Origin: Nostoc punctiforme PCC 73102
GTDB taxonomy: Bacteria > Cyanobacteriota > Cyanobacteriia > Cyanobacteriales > Nostocaceae
Assembly (NCBI RefSeq): GCF_000020025.1
Contig: NC_010628.1
Coordinates: 930,001 to 962,000, forward strand
DNA length: 32,000 nt
Reading direction: 5' to 3'
The notes under the pieces: model-generated
Seen by the model: only the letters and a program-made list of their open reading frames with translations
Database searches by the model: none
Told to the model about the DNA's origin: nothing
In this document: in pieces, positions 24,493 to 32,000 of the stretch
Layout of the letters: the number at the start of each line of letters is the position of its first letter
Numbering within the stretch: position 1 is the first letter of the stretch
Translations under genes and position numbers: made by a program

Positions 24493-25170
24493 TCAATCTT
24501 CGTCATGGATTGTTAACTGTACTTCCATTTTCCCATAAGCCTTCTTCACCCAATATCCTCTGGGTGGCTTTTCTACCCCATAAGCCTTACACCATTTTTC
24601 TACAGCCTTATCAGACACACCAAAATCTCTCCCAATTTGTGCGGTTGGCTTTTCCCAAACTAGTTTACCTAGTTCTTCTTTCGATGGCCTTTCAACTTTT
24701 CTGGTATGAATCCTAGAGTCTGGGTTAACCTTTCTAGTTGTTAAGTCAACGCCAAACTCCTTGTAGGTTCGCTTAAGTGCTACTTCAGTTAAATCTGTAA
24801 AATCTTCCCACCAATAAAAAGGATTGGGTGATTTAGGTGGCGTTGTCCTGATACCGCAACCGCCAAACTTGATTGATGGATACACTACTTTGTTTATATC
24901 TGGCAAATAAAGGCCATAAAAATCAAAGTCATCAGATTTGTACTTTTTCTCATGACAACCATTCTTGTCTGCCCAATTGCTTTTATTTTTCAGTGTGCCA
25001 TCACAACTGTATTTAGCTTGAATTCTGTAACATTTGCCATTTTTGTAGGCAATCAAATCAAAGGGTGCATGTTCAGTTACTACTGGTACAAAAACCGAAT
25101 ATTCTTTCTCGACTAAATCTGCTATCACTTTAGCAGCTGCTAGATCACCCTTATCTTTTGTGTGGTGCAT
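24493..25170 (-). CDS. PD-(D/E)XK endonuclease with a C-terminal HTH domain (free-standing, homing-endonuclease-like)
   Basis: N-terminus KGDLAAAKVIADLVEKEYSVFVPVVTEHAPFDLIAY...CYRIQAKY shows the D...Q-x-K pattern of the small PD-(D/E)XK family that includes I-Ssp6803I. C-terminus ...PTAQIGRDFGVSDKAVEKWCKAYGV is HTH-like. Confidence 0.65.
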   Translation of the reverse strand: MHHTKDKGDLAAAKVIADLVEKEYSVFVPVVTEHAPFDLIAYKNGKCYRIQAKYSCDGTLKNKSNWADKNGCHEKKYKSDDFDFYGLYLPDINKVVYPSIKFGGCGIRTTPPKSPNPFYWWEDFTDLTEVALKRTYKEFGVDLTTRKVNPDSRIHTRKVERPSKEELGKLVWEKPTAQIGRDFGVSDKAVEKWCKAYGVEKPPRGYWVKKAYGKMEVQLTIHDED

Positions 25171-25242
25171 TTATATGAACTCTCAAGCCTATTTGGTAAA
25201 TTACCATGAAAAGGCTTCTTTAAGGTTCGTATTAAGTTAAAA

Positions 25243-25315
25243 CGAGCGCGGCAGGGTTCGAACCTGCGACCAACGGATTAGAAATCCGTGGCTCTATCCA
25301 CTGAGCTACGCGCCC
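25243..25315 (-). tRNA. trnR: tRNA-Arg (anticodon UCU)
   Basis: GGGCGCG-TA-GCTC-AGTGGATA-GAGC-C-ACGGA-TTTCTAA-TCCGT-TGGTC-GCAGG-TTCGAAC-CCTGC-CGCGCTC-G. Full 73-nt cloverleaf, no encoded CCA, no intron. Confidence 0.93.
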
Positions 25316-25353
25316 AACATAAATTAATGGCTCCTGAAGGAGTCACCTAAACT

Positions 25354-25383
25354 ATTATATCGTCTTTACTTAGCAAGAAGCAA
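25354..25383 (-). promoter_or_regulatory. Candidate sigma70-type promoter of tRNA-Arg
   Basis: On the minus strand, TTGCTT-N18-TATAAT. The -10 box ends 38 nt upstream of the mature tRNA 5' end. Confidence 0.3.
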
Positions 25384-25671
25384 TCAAAAATTGCAGATTT
25401 ACCACTAGCAAGGCTAAGATGCTAGTCGCTAGCTAGTCAATTTACACTAAAAACGAAACAGATGGACTATTGGTTTAGATATATTGAGTTGTCAAGGGGT
25501 TATTTGCCTGTTAACGCCAATGCCCTCTGGGTGGCTACCTTCGGGAAGAATCTGGCGATCGCTAGGCTCATTCCCACAGTATGCTAGGTAATTTCAGCCT
25601 TGGCAATACTGCCAAATGCCATTATATATTCCATATTAAGAGTGCCCCTGTGAGGAGTTTTTGCTAGTGCC

Positions 25672-26331
25672 ATGTTTATTCTCAAACGGCAGGATGTTGA
25701 AATATCAAGCATTCAGCACCCAAAAAAGGATCAGCAAGTGCCGATTCTCAATTATCAAGGGCAGACTTTTCGCTTGATTAGTGTTTTCAAAGCTAGTCAA
25801 GAAGAAGAAGCTAGAGCCTTATGGAGAGAATTAACGGATAACCGGGGTAAAGCCTGTGTTTTGCTGGAGGAACCGGAACGTTTTAGCGTCTGGGGTAAAA
25901 TCCGTTTAGAGCAGCTGGATAGTGACACAGGTGGTCATGGCAAAACGGCGATTTTAGTCCAAGCCAGTATTTTGCTGTTACAGGGTGTTTCTATCGACAT
26001 TGAAGAGTTTTTAGGTGCTAGGCAAGCTGCATTATTTGAAAAAGATATTGCGGAGGTGTTCAAGCAAAAGCAATTTCCTCAAGTATCTTCCCTAGAAGCG
26101 GTTAAATATTTGGTATCTACCAATCCTTTGCCAACCGCCAAAATACCTGATTGGCAAGAAAATCATGTAGTTATTCTATTACAAGAACTGCATCGATTAG
26201 GAAAAGCCTATTTTGGCAATGGCAATTTTACCAAACAAGTGATTTATAAGTTAGAAGATATGCCAGAAGCCGAGCGGTTGCTATTTCTCAGTTGGCTAAA
26301 TCAATCGCCACTGGGTAAACTGTGGCAGTAG
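25672..26331 (+). CDS. Conserved-looking hypothetical protein
   Basis: 219-aa ORF with an ATG start and protein-like composition. No motif recognised. Confidence 0.6.
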   Translation: MFILKRQDVEISSIQHPKKDQQVPILNYQGQTFRLISVFKASQEEEARALWRELTDNRGKACVLLEEPERFSVWGKIRLEQLDSDTGGHGKTAILVQASILLLQGVSIDIEEFLGARQAALFEKDIAEVFKQKQFPQVSSLEAVKYLVSTNPLPTAKIPDWQENHVVILLQELHRLGKAYFGNGNFTKQVIYKLEDMPEAERLLFLSWLNQSPLGKLWQ

Positions 26332-26470
26332 CATGGAAAATTTTAACAAAATTCCGGCCACTTGTACTTGCTTTTGGTGTCCAATTGTGTATTACTTGGC
26401 AGACACACTGCTATATATACAGTCATTTAACTCAAAATACTGCCAGAGTGCATCTACATAGTCAAGTCCT

Positions 26471-27322
26471 ATGAATAACTCTTACGAGAATTCGTTCCTT
26501 TCTAAATCGATTTTCAATACTCAGAACATTGTCTTAGCTAATATTGGCTGGGCCGTACTAGCACTGCTATACTTTTTGTTGTTTAGTGCCAAAGTTCCCG
26601 GAGCTGATGGCATAGAAAGCCGGGCCGAGTGGTATGTGATTGGTACAAATATTTTTGAAGCTTTAGCTTATTTGGGTGCCAGTATCTTATGCTTGAGGAA
26701 CTGGCTGAGTCCACAAATCGTCAGTGGGCGAAATGTCTGGCTCTTAATTGGCTTAGGTATGCTTTCCTATTTCGTTGGGGGGATAATTTTCGGATATACC
26801 GAAATAGTTTTAAAAGATGAACCAGATGTGTCTGTAGGCGATATATTTTTTGTACTGACTTATCTATTACTTGGCGCAGGCATGATTTTAGCTGTGGCTT
26901 CCAGGCGAATCAATCTGGAAAAATGGCAGTGGCTAATTGTGTTAGCAATTGCAGTGTTCGGTAGTTTGTTGGCATGGTGGATTTCTATGCAACAGGAAAC
27001 ACCCTCAGAACTACTAGTCGCTATTTTGAATTGGTTTTACGTAGTTAGCGATGTGGTTCTGTTAATTATTGCTACCACTCTGCTGTTAGCCTTTTGGGGG
27101 GGAAGAGTTTCCCAGTCTTGGCGAATGATTGCAGCAGCGGCCTTTTCGCTTTACATTGCAGATATGTGGTTTAAATACGCCCAAGGCCCCAACTATCAAA
27201 GTGGGGAGATATTAGAAGTGTTTTGGGTGTTTAGTGGGGTGTTATTTGGCATGGGCGCTGTCTTAGAATATGACGCATCACTAAGACGAACGCGGCGTAC
27301 CAGTGGACGTAAACGAGCTTAG
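26471..27322 (+). CDS. Polytopic integral membrane protein
   Basis: 283 aa with about 7-8 hydrophobic segments and a basic C-terminal tail (RRTRRTSGRKRA). Confidence 0.7.
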   Translation: MNNSYENSFLSKSIFNTQNIVLANIGWAVLALLYFLLFSAKVPGADGIESRAEWYVIGTNIFEALAYLGASILCLRNWLSPQIVSGRNVWLLIGLGMLSYFVGGIIFGYTEIVLKDEPDVSVGDIFFVLTYLLLGAGMILAVASRRINLEKWQWLIVLAIAVFGSLLAWWISMQQETPSELLVAILNWFYVVSDVVLLIIATTLLLAFWGGRVSQSWRMIAAAAFSLYIADMWFKYAQGPNYQSGEILEVFWVFSGVLFGMGAVLEYDASLRRTRRTSGRKRA

Positions 27323-27343
27323 TAAAGATTTTTGGTATCTACC

Positions 27344-28348
27344 GTGAGAAAACTAACAGACTCTGACAAGCAAGAAATTCTTAAGTTATATCGAGAGACT
27401 GCCGAAACAACCTCAACTTTGGCAGAACGCTATGGTGTGAGTAACTCGACAATTAGTCGCCTGCTCAAAAGCACTTTGCCAGAGGATGAGTATGAATACT
27501 TAGTCTCTTTAAAGCGGGCTGCGAGAACTCCTGAAGGCAGGGCGCAGGTAAGCTACGAGCAGTTACCATTGCTGACTCAACCGGAACCAGAGCCGGAGAT
27601 AGAAGTTCCACCCATCGAAAGCCCACCGTTGGAAGTGACAAAGGTTGAGCCGCAGCCACGTCGGGTAATTCGTGTAGAGCAGGAAGTTTACTCAGAGGAA
27701 ACGGCAGAATCACTCGCTGCTAGTAGACGGGTGCGCCGTCGCCCCTCGGCGGCGGAAAAACCGAAGCTCCGAGTTACAGAGAAATTGGAAACTCCAGAGC
27801 AAAAGCCGCCGGAAATAGTCAGCATCTCCATTCCACCGCTAAAGGATAAACATCCAGGAGCTGCTGTCATCGCGCAGATGCTGGGTGAAGATTTGCTAGA
27901 TGAATCGGAGGATTTGGATGATTTAGAAGATGATGATTTAGAGGATGACGACTTTGAGGAAGAAGACTTTGATGATGATGACCTGGATGACGAAAGACCT
28001 TTAGTCACAAAAAGAAGACCAGGTGAAGCATCAGTTCAAGTTTTACCTCTGTCGATAGCCAATTTGCCGAAAACTTGTTATTTGGTAATTGACCGTTCCT
28101 CGGAATTAATTACCCGACCTCTCAAGGACTTTGGTGATTTGGGGCAAATTCCCAGCCTGGAAACCCAGCAAAGAACTCTGCCGGTGTTTGATAATCATCG
28201 CGTCGCCAAGCGTTTTTCTACCAAGCGCGATCGCGTAATTAAAGTTCCTGATAGTAAAATGCTCCATAAGGCTCGTACTCATCTGCAAGCTAAAGGCATC
28301 ACACGATTGCTGATTGATGGTCAGGTCTATTCTTTGTCTACGGTTTAG
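27344..28348 (+). CDS. HTH-domain protein with a Pro/Glu linker and a poly-acidic tract
   Basis: RKLTDSDKQEILKLYRETAETTSTLAERYGVSNSTISRLLKS is HTH-like. Acidic tract EDLLDESEDLDDLEDDDLEDDDFEEEDFDDDDLDDE. Start is GTG 27344 or TTG 27332, 10-22 nt after the preceding stop. Confidence 0.65.
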   Translation: MRKLTDSDKQEILKLYRETAETTSTLAERYGVSNSTISRLLKSTLPEDEYEYLVSLKRAARTPEGRAQVSYEQLPLLTQPEPEPEIEVPPIESPPLEVTKVEPQPRRVIRVEQEVYSEETAESLAASRRVRRRPSAAEKPKLRVTEKLETPEQKPPEIVSISIPPLKDKHPGAAVIAQMLGEDLLDESEDLDDLEDDDLEDDDFEEEDFDDDDLDDERPLVTKRRPGEASVQVLPLSIANLPKTCYLVIDRSSELITRPLKDFGDLGQIPSLETQQRTLPVFDNHRVAKRFSTKRDRVIKVPDSKMLHKARTHLQAKGITRLLIDGQVYSLSTV

Positions 28349-28355
28349 GATTAGG

Positions 28356-28425
28356 TATCGGGCATTGGGTATTGGGCATTGAGCATTGGTTATTCCCTTT
28401 GTCTTCTCACCCAGTCCCCAGTCCC
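28356..28425. repeat. STRR-type heptamer arrays between convergent genes
   Basis: (G[CT]ATTGG)x5 followed by CCCAGTCCCCAGTCCC (STRR1-like CCCCAGT units). Confidence 0.75.
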
Positions 28426-28426
28426 T

Positions 28427-29368
28427 TCAACTGTAGACAGCCCTTGCAAAACGCTCTGCCAAATAAATAATGTCCTGTCTACGGGCAATTTGGTTCATCC
28501 ATTTTTGAGGAATATTTTCCACCCCATAATAAATTCCCGCTAACCCACCAGTGACGGCGGCAGTAGTATCGGCATCTCCGCCTAAGTTGACAGCTTTCAG
28601 CACCGCCTCAGAATAAGACGAACTATTTAATAAACACCACAGGGATGACTCTAAGGTATCAATTACATAGCCACCAGAATTAATCTCTTCAACTGGTAAC
28701 TTGGCAATCTCACCACTAAAAATTCTGCCAAAATGCGGCTTTTCTAACAAAAATTCTCGGACAGAATAAATTGTTTGAATATCTTGCAATGCTTGTAGAT
28801 AAGCTGTTTGGGGGTCAGCCCCTTCTAGGAGCGCCACTGCAATACTAATATAAATTCCACAGGACATTTGCGATCGCGCATGAGCATGGGTAATCGCTGA
28901 AACATCATGCACCCGCGCTAGCAATTCGCCTAAAGTTAAGTTTCGGTGACAATAAGCCATTGGCAAGATTCTCATCAATGAACCATTACCATTACTATTT
29001 TCAACCTTCCCACCCGCCTGATGGGGAACAACTCCCTGTTTCAAGCGCATAATTGCTGTATGGGTAGTTTGACCAATATCAAAGACATCGCCACGGGGAG
29101 TCCAGTAAGCCTCCTTGTACCACCGCCAGAAGGAATTGGCTATGGCATCCAACGAATACCCCCTACAAAGGCATTCTGCTAGGCAAAAGCTTAACGAACT
29201 ATCATCTGACCAAGTTCCTGGTGGTTGATTCCATGTGCCATAACCCTGCATCGTTGTCACTGGAGATTTTACTCGTTCAGCACGGCTAGTAAACTCCACC
29301 GGCACACCCAACGCATCACCGACACATAAACCCATCAAACCAGACAACGTTTTTGCACCGGTTAGCAT
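28427..29368 (-). CDS. ADP-ribosylglycohydrolase family protein
   Basis: N-terminal GLCVGDALGVPVEF and C-terminal GGDADTTAAVTGGLAG metal-binding motifs. Confidence 0.85.
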   Translation of the reverse strand: MLTGAKTLSGLMGLCVGDALGVPVEFTSRAERVKSPVTTMQGYGTWNQPPGTWSDDSSLSFCLAECLCRGYSLDAIANSFWRWYKEAYWTPRGDVFDIGQTTHTAIMRLKQGVVPHQAGGKVENSNGNGSLMRILPMAYCHRNLTLGELLARVHDVSAITHAHARSQMSCGIYISIAVALLEGADPQTAYLQALQDIQTIYSVREFLLEKPHFGRIFSGEIAKLPVEEINSGGYVIDTLESSLWCLLNSSSYSEAVLKAVNLGGDADTTAAVTGGLAGIYYGVENIPQKWMNQIARRQDIIYLAERFARAVYS

Positions 29369-29762
29369 TATTCAATCTCCACAATAACTGCTCAAAATTA
29401 ACTTTATAGATTCCCTCTATAGGTTGTTGCAACAGATGCTACAGCCAAGTTTTTCATCCTCTGTGAAAAGCTCGGCAAAAAATTGTTAGTCGGATATTTT
29501 ATTTACACTATTCCGACATAGCTTGAGTTCCAAATATTGTGACAGTTTTAAAAGCGTCTATTTTTGGAACAAAGAACCCAGATGAAAAGACATTGAATGT
29601 AATTATAACAGCTTATTTATGATTACCTGGGATACTTAGCCTGTAACTCTTATGCATCATTAGCAACATTTATTTAATAAAATCTGGGAAGCATTTGGAA
29701 CATTGTTAAATGATTTTCGACTGGGAATATACAAGTAAAAAATACAAATTTTGGTAAAAATT

Positions 29763-30302
29763 ATGAAACGCTTACTCAAGTCTTTCGTGACATTTTCTGC
29801 ATTATCTTCCTTAATAGTTGCTCCTTTATTTCTATCAGCTGGTCAAGCTTCTGCTGAAACCAAAAAGGGTACTGATGCTAGTTATGTTGGTGCTGGTGTT
29901 GCAGCTGGCGTTACTAGCGGCGGACAAGGTATCAATGATGCTGCCACATTTGGTGGTAATGTTACAGGCCGCGTGAAATTAGGAACTACGCCATTTTCTG
30001 CACGCGGTAATGTTCTCTGGAGTGATAAGACAAGTGCTATCATCCCAGAACTTTCTGTGGATGTGCCTATCGCTAATAAAACTAACGCCTACTTAACTGG
30101 CGGTTATTCTTTTGTAGAAAAAGATGGCTCACCAACTCCTATAGGTAACAAAGATTCAGTAGTGCTAGGTGCTGGTGTTGAATCGGAAGTTGCTAACAAT
30201 TTCCTTGTCTACACGAACGCTAAAGTTGGACTTGGTGCCTACCAAAATAGCGATGCTTCTGCTGTCACCATCAATGGCGGTCTTGGCTATCGCTTCAAAT
30301 AA
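29763..30302 (+). CDS. Small outer-membrane beta-barrel protein
   Basis: Signal peptide MKRLLKSFVTFSALSSLIVAPLFLSAGQASA. Alternating Gly/aromatic beta-strand pattern. C-terminus GGLGYRFK. Confidence 0.7.
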   Translation: MKRLLKSFVTFSALSSLIVAPLFLSAGQASAETKKGTDASYVGAGVAAGVTSGGQGINDAATFGGNVTGRVKLGTTPFSARGNVLWSDKTSAIIPELSVDVPIANKTNAYLTGGYSFVEKDGSPTPIGNKDSVVLGAGVESEVANNFLVYTNAKVGLGAYQNSDASAVTINGGLGYRFK

Positions 30303-30566
30303 AAAATTATTGAGTCCTCGGTCACTCTATACTTTACTTAAGTACTCAGGACTTAGCACGGGCTAAACGCCCCGCTACCGCTAACAAAACTCACTACTCC
30401 CAAAAGCTGGTTTTGTTAAGTGTTACATCACTGACAAAGCCGGCTTTTGCCGTGGTAAAATTAAATCATTCCTCATTATTCCGGCCGAATTACCGGGGAT
30501 CAAGTAGCCGAAGGGTGCTAGTTCGGTGTCTACGTAATGCTTTATTGAGAATACTATACAAGTCTA

Positions 30567-32000
30567 ATGGTTAAATCTGCTCCTTCCCCAATCGCTAGCC
30601 GTAAGCCTTCCAAAGTAGAAGGAATCAAGGAAAATAGTAATTTTTTGCGTGAACCTGTAGCAACTGAAATCCTTCAAGATACTACCCATTTTACCGAAAA
30701 TGCGGTGCAGCTTTTGAAGTTTCACGGTTCTTATCAGCAGGATAACCGCGACAACCGCACTAAGGGACAGGAAAAAGATTACCAGTTTATGCTGCGGACA
30801 AAAAATCCGGGTGGTTTAGTACCGCCGCAGCTGTATCTGGCTTTAGATAAAATCGCTGATGAGTATGGCAACCACACGTTACGAGCAACTACCCGTCAAG
30901 GTTTCCAACTGCACGGTATTTTAAAGAAGAATCTGAAATCAGCGATCGCCACAATTGTCAAGAATCTGGGTTCGACTTTGGGAGCTTGCGGTGACATTAA
31001 CCGAAATGTGATGGCACCACCAGCCCCCTTTAAGAATCGCCCAGAGTATCAGTATGCTTGGGAGTATGCTCAGAATATTGCTGACTTGCTGACAGCACAG
31101 ACGGGTGCTTATTACGAAATTTGGTTAGATGGGGAAAAAGCAATTAGTGCTGAAGAGAACCCAGAGGTGAAAGCAGCGCGACAGCGCAATGGGAATGGGA
31201 CAATTATCCATGACAACGAAGAACCGATTTATGGCACGTACTATATGCCCCGCAAGTTTAAAATTTGCGTGACGGTGCCAGGGGATAATTCGATTGATTT
31301 GTATTCTCAAGACCTGACATTGGTAGTGATTACCAATAAGAAGAAGCAATTAGAAGGATTTAATATTTTTGCTGGTGGCGGTTTAGGTAGAACCCACGGT
31401 AAAGAAGAAACTTTCGCTAGGTTAGCAGACCCCATTGGTTATGTGGCGAAAGATGATGTCTACGACATAGTGAAAGCGATTGTTGCTACTCAGAGAGATT
31501 ATGGCGATCGCACTGATCGTCGTCATGCCAGATTAAAATATTTAATTAACGATTGGGGCCTAGATAAATTCCGTGCCCAAGTTGAAGAATATTTTGGGAA
31601 ATCAGTCGAAGCCTTCAAACCACTGCCAGAGTTTAAATATTACGACTTCCTCGGCTGGAATGAACAAGGTGATGGCAAGCTATTCTTAGGAATTTCCATT
31701 GACAATGGTCGAATCAAAGATGAAGGTTCGTTTCAACTGAAAACCGCTTTGCGGGAAATTGTCGAGCAGTTCAACTTACACATCCGTCTGACAGCCAACC
31801 ATAACCTGATTTTTTACGATATCGAACCAGATAGCAAGCAAGCTATTCAAGACATTCTCAGCCGTCACGGTATCGTAGACGACCCTAGTAAAATAGAACC
31901 TTTAGTACGGTATGCAATGGCTTGTCCGGCTTTGCCCACTTGCGGCTTGGCAATCACAGAATCAGAACGAGCAATACCGGGTATTTTGGAAAGAGTTCGC
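30567..32000 (+). CDS. sir: Ferredoxin-sulfite reductase (3' end outside the window)
   Basis: ATG at 30567, open to the window end. ...[13 protein letters not shown]...[10 protein letters not shown]...[11 protein letters not shown]...ACGDINRNV...YMPRKFKI...[11 protein letters not shown].... Sulfite/nitrite reductase hallmarks with Sir-like length and sequence. Confidence 0.92.
   Translation, partial: MVKSAPSPIASRKPSKVEGIKENSNFLREPVATEILQDTTHFTENAVQLLKFHGSYQQDNRDNRTKGQEKDYQFMLRTKNPGGLVPPQLYLALDKIADEYGNHTLRATTRQGFQLHGILKKNLKSAIATIVKNLGSTLGACGDINRNVMAPPAPFKNRPEYQYAWEYAQNIADLLTAQTGAYYEIWLDGEKAISAEENPEVKAARQRNGNGTIIHDNEEPIYGTYYMPRKFKICVTVPGDNSIDLYSQDLTLVVITNKKKQLEGFNIFAGGGLGRTHGKEETFARLADPIGYVAKDDVYDIVKAIVATQRDYGDRTDRRHARLKYLINDWGLDKFRAQVEEYFGKSVEAFKPLPEFKYYDFLGWNEQGDGKLFLGISIDNGRIKDEGSFQLKTALREIVEQFNLHIRLTANHNLIFYDIEPDSKQAIQDILSRHGIVDDPSKIEPLVRYAMACPALPTCGLAITESERAIPGILERVR

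Noticed and set aside
25243-25315. A group I intron or endonuclease-containing intron in the tRNA, given the adjacent homing-type endonuclease
   Set aside because: The tRNA-Arg is an uninterrupted 73-nt cloverleaf, and the endonuclease gene is free-standing 72 nt downstream.
27688-28008. 106-aa Ser/Lys-rich ORF on the minus strand
   Set aside because: It is the antisense translation of the GAT/GAA-rich poly-acidic tract of the 27344-28348 gene.
31125-31349. 74-aa minus-strand ORF inside the sulfite reductase gene
   Set aside because: It is an antisense shadow ORF within a strongly supported sir coding region.

Overview
The window looks like chromosome from a filamentous, Nostocales-type cyanobacterium. 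Supporting signs are about 20 copies of the HIP1 palindrome GCGATCGC, STRR-type heptamer arrays at convergent gene ends, an RRM-type Rbp gene and Nostoc-style MITEs and dispersed repeats. Two blocks of ordinary core genes flank an accessory island. The first block (1-11.0 kb) holds a TonB-C protein, an Hsp20 with a thermometer-like 5' UTR, ilvA, rbp, an aldo/keto reductase, an alpha/beta hydrolase and an MBL hydrolase. The second block (25.3-32 kb) holds three conserved hypotheticals, an ADP-ribosylglycohydrolase, a beta-barrel OMP and a ferredoxin-sulfite reductase that runs off the window. Between them is a mosaic island of about 12-14 kb that starts right after the 3' end of a tRNA-Arg(UCU) gene (25243-25315, minus strand). 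Reading away from the tRNA, the island contains the following. (1) A PD-(D/E)XK+HTH homing-type endonuclease that abuts the decapitated remnant of a tyrosine integrase. (2) Small orphan genes, one of them extremely acidic. (3) A 430-nt hairpin-rich non-coding region holding a tRNA-Thr(GGU)-like 3' fragment, which I read as a putative att core. (4) Two intact tyrosine recombinases in tandem, followed by a small RHH gene. (5) A plasmid-like set of RHH and MobC-like genes disrupted by one IS4/ISNCY-like element with a 9-bp TSD. (6) Two inverted, degenerate IS630-family copies at CTAG targets. (7) A frameshifted solitary HsdR_N-type nuclease gene. My best candidate for an undescribed system is the compact recombination module at 20.0-23.1 kb: att-like structured region, two tandem tyrosine recombinases and an RHH gene. 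The tRNA-proximal endonuclease/integrase-remnant junction is the second candidate. No CRISPR array, rRNA gene or recognisable multi-gene defence operon was seen. All functional calls rest on motif recognition by eye, since no homology search could be run. Several frameshifts sit in homopolymer runs and may be assembly errors rather than biology.
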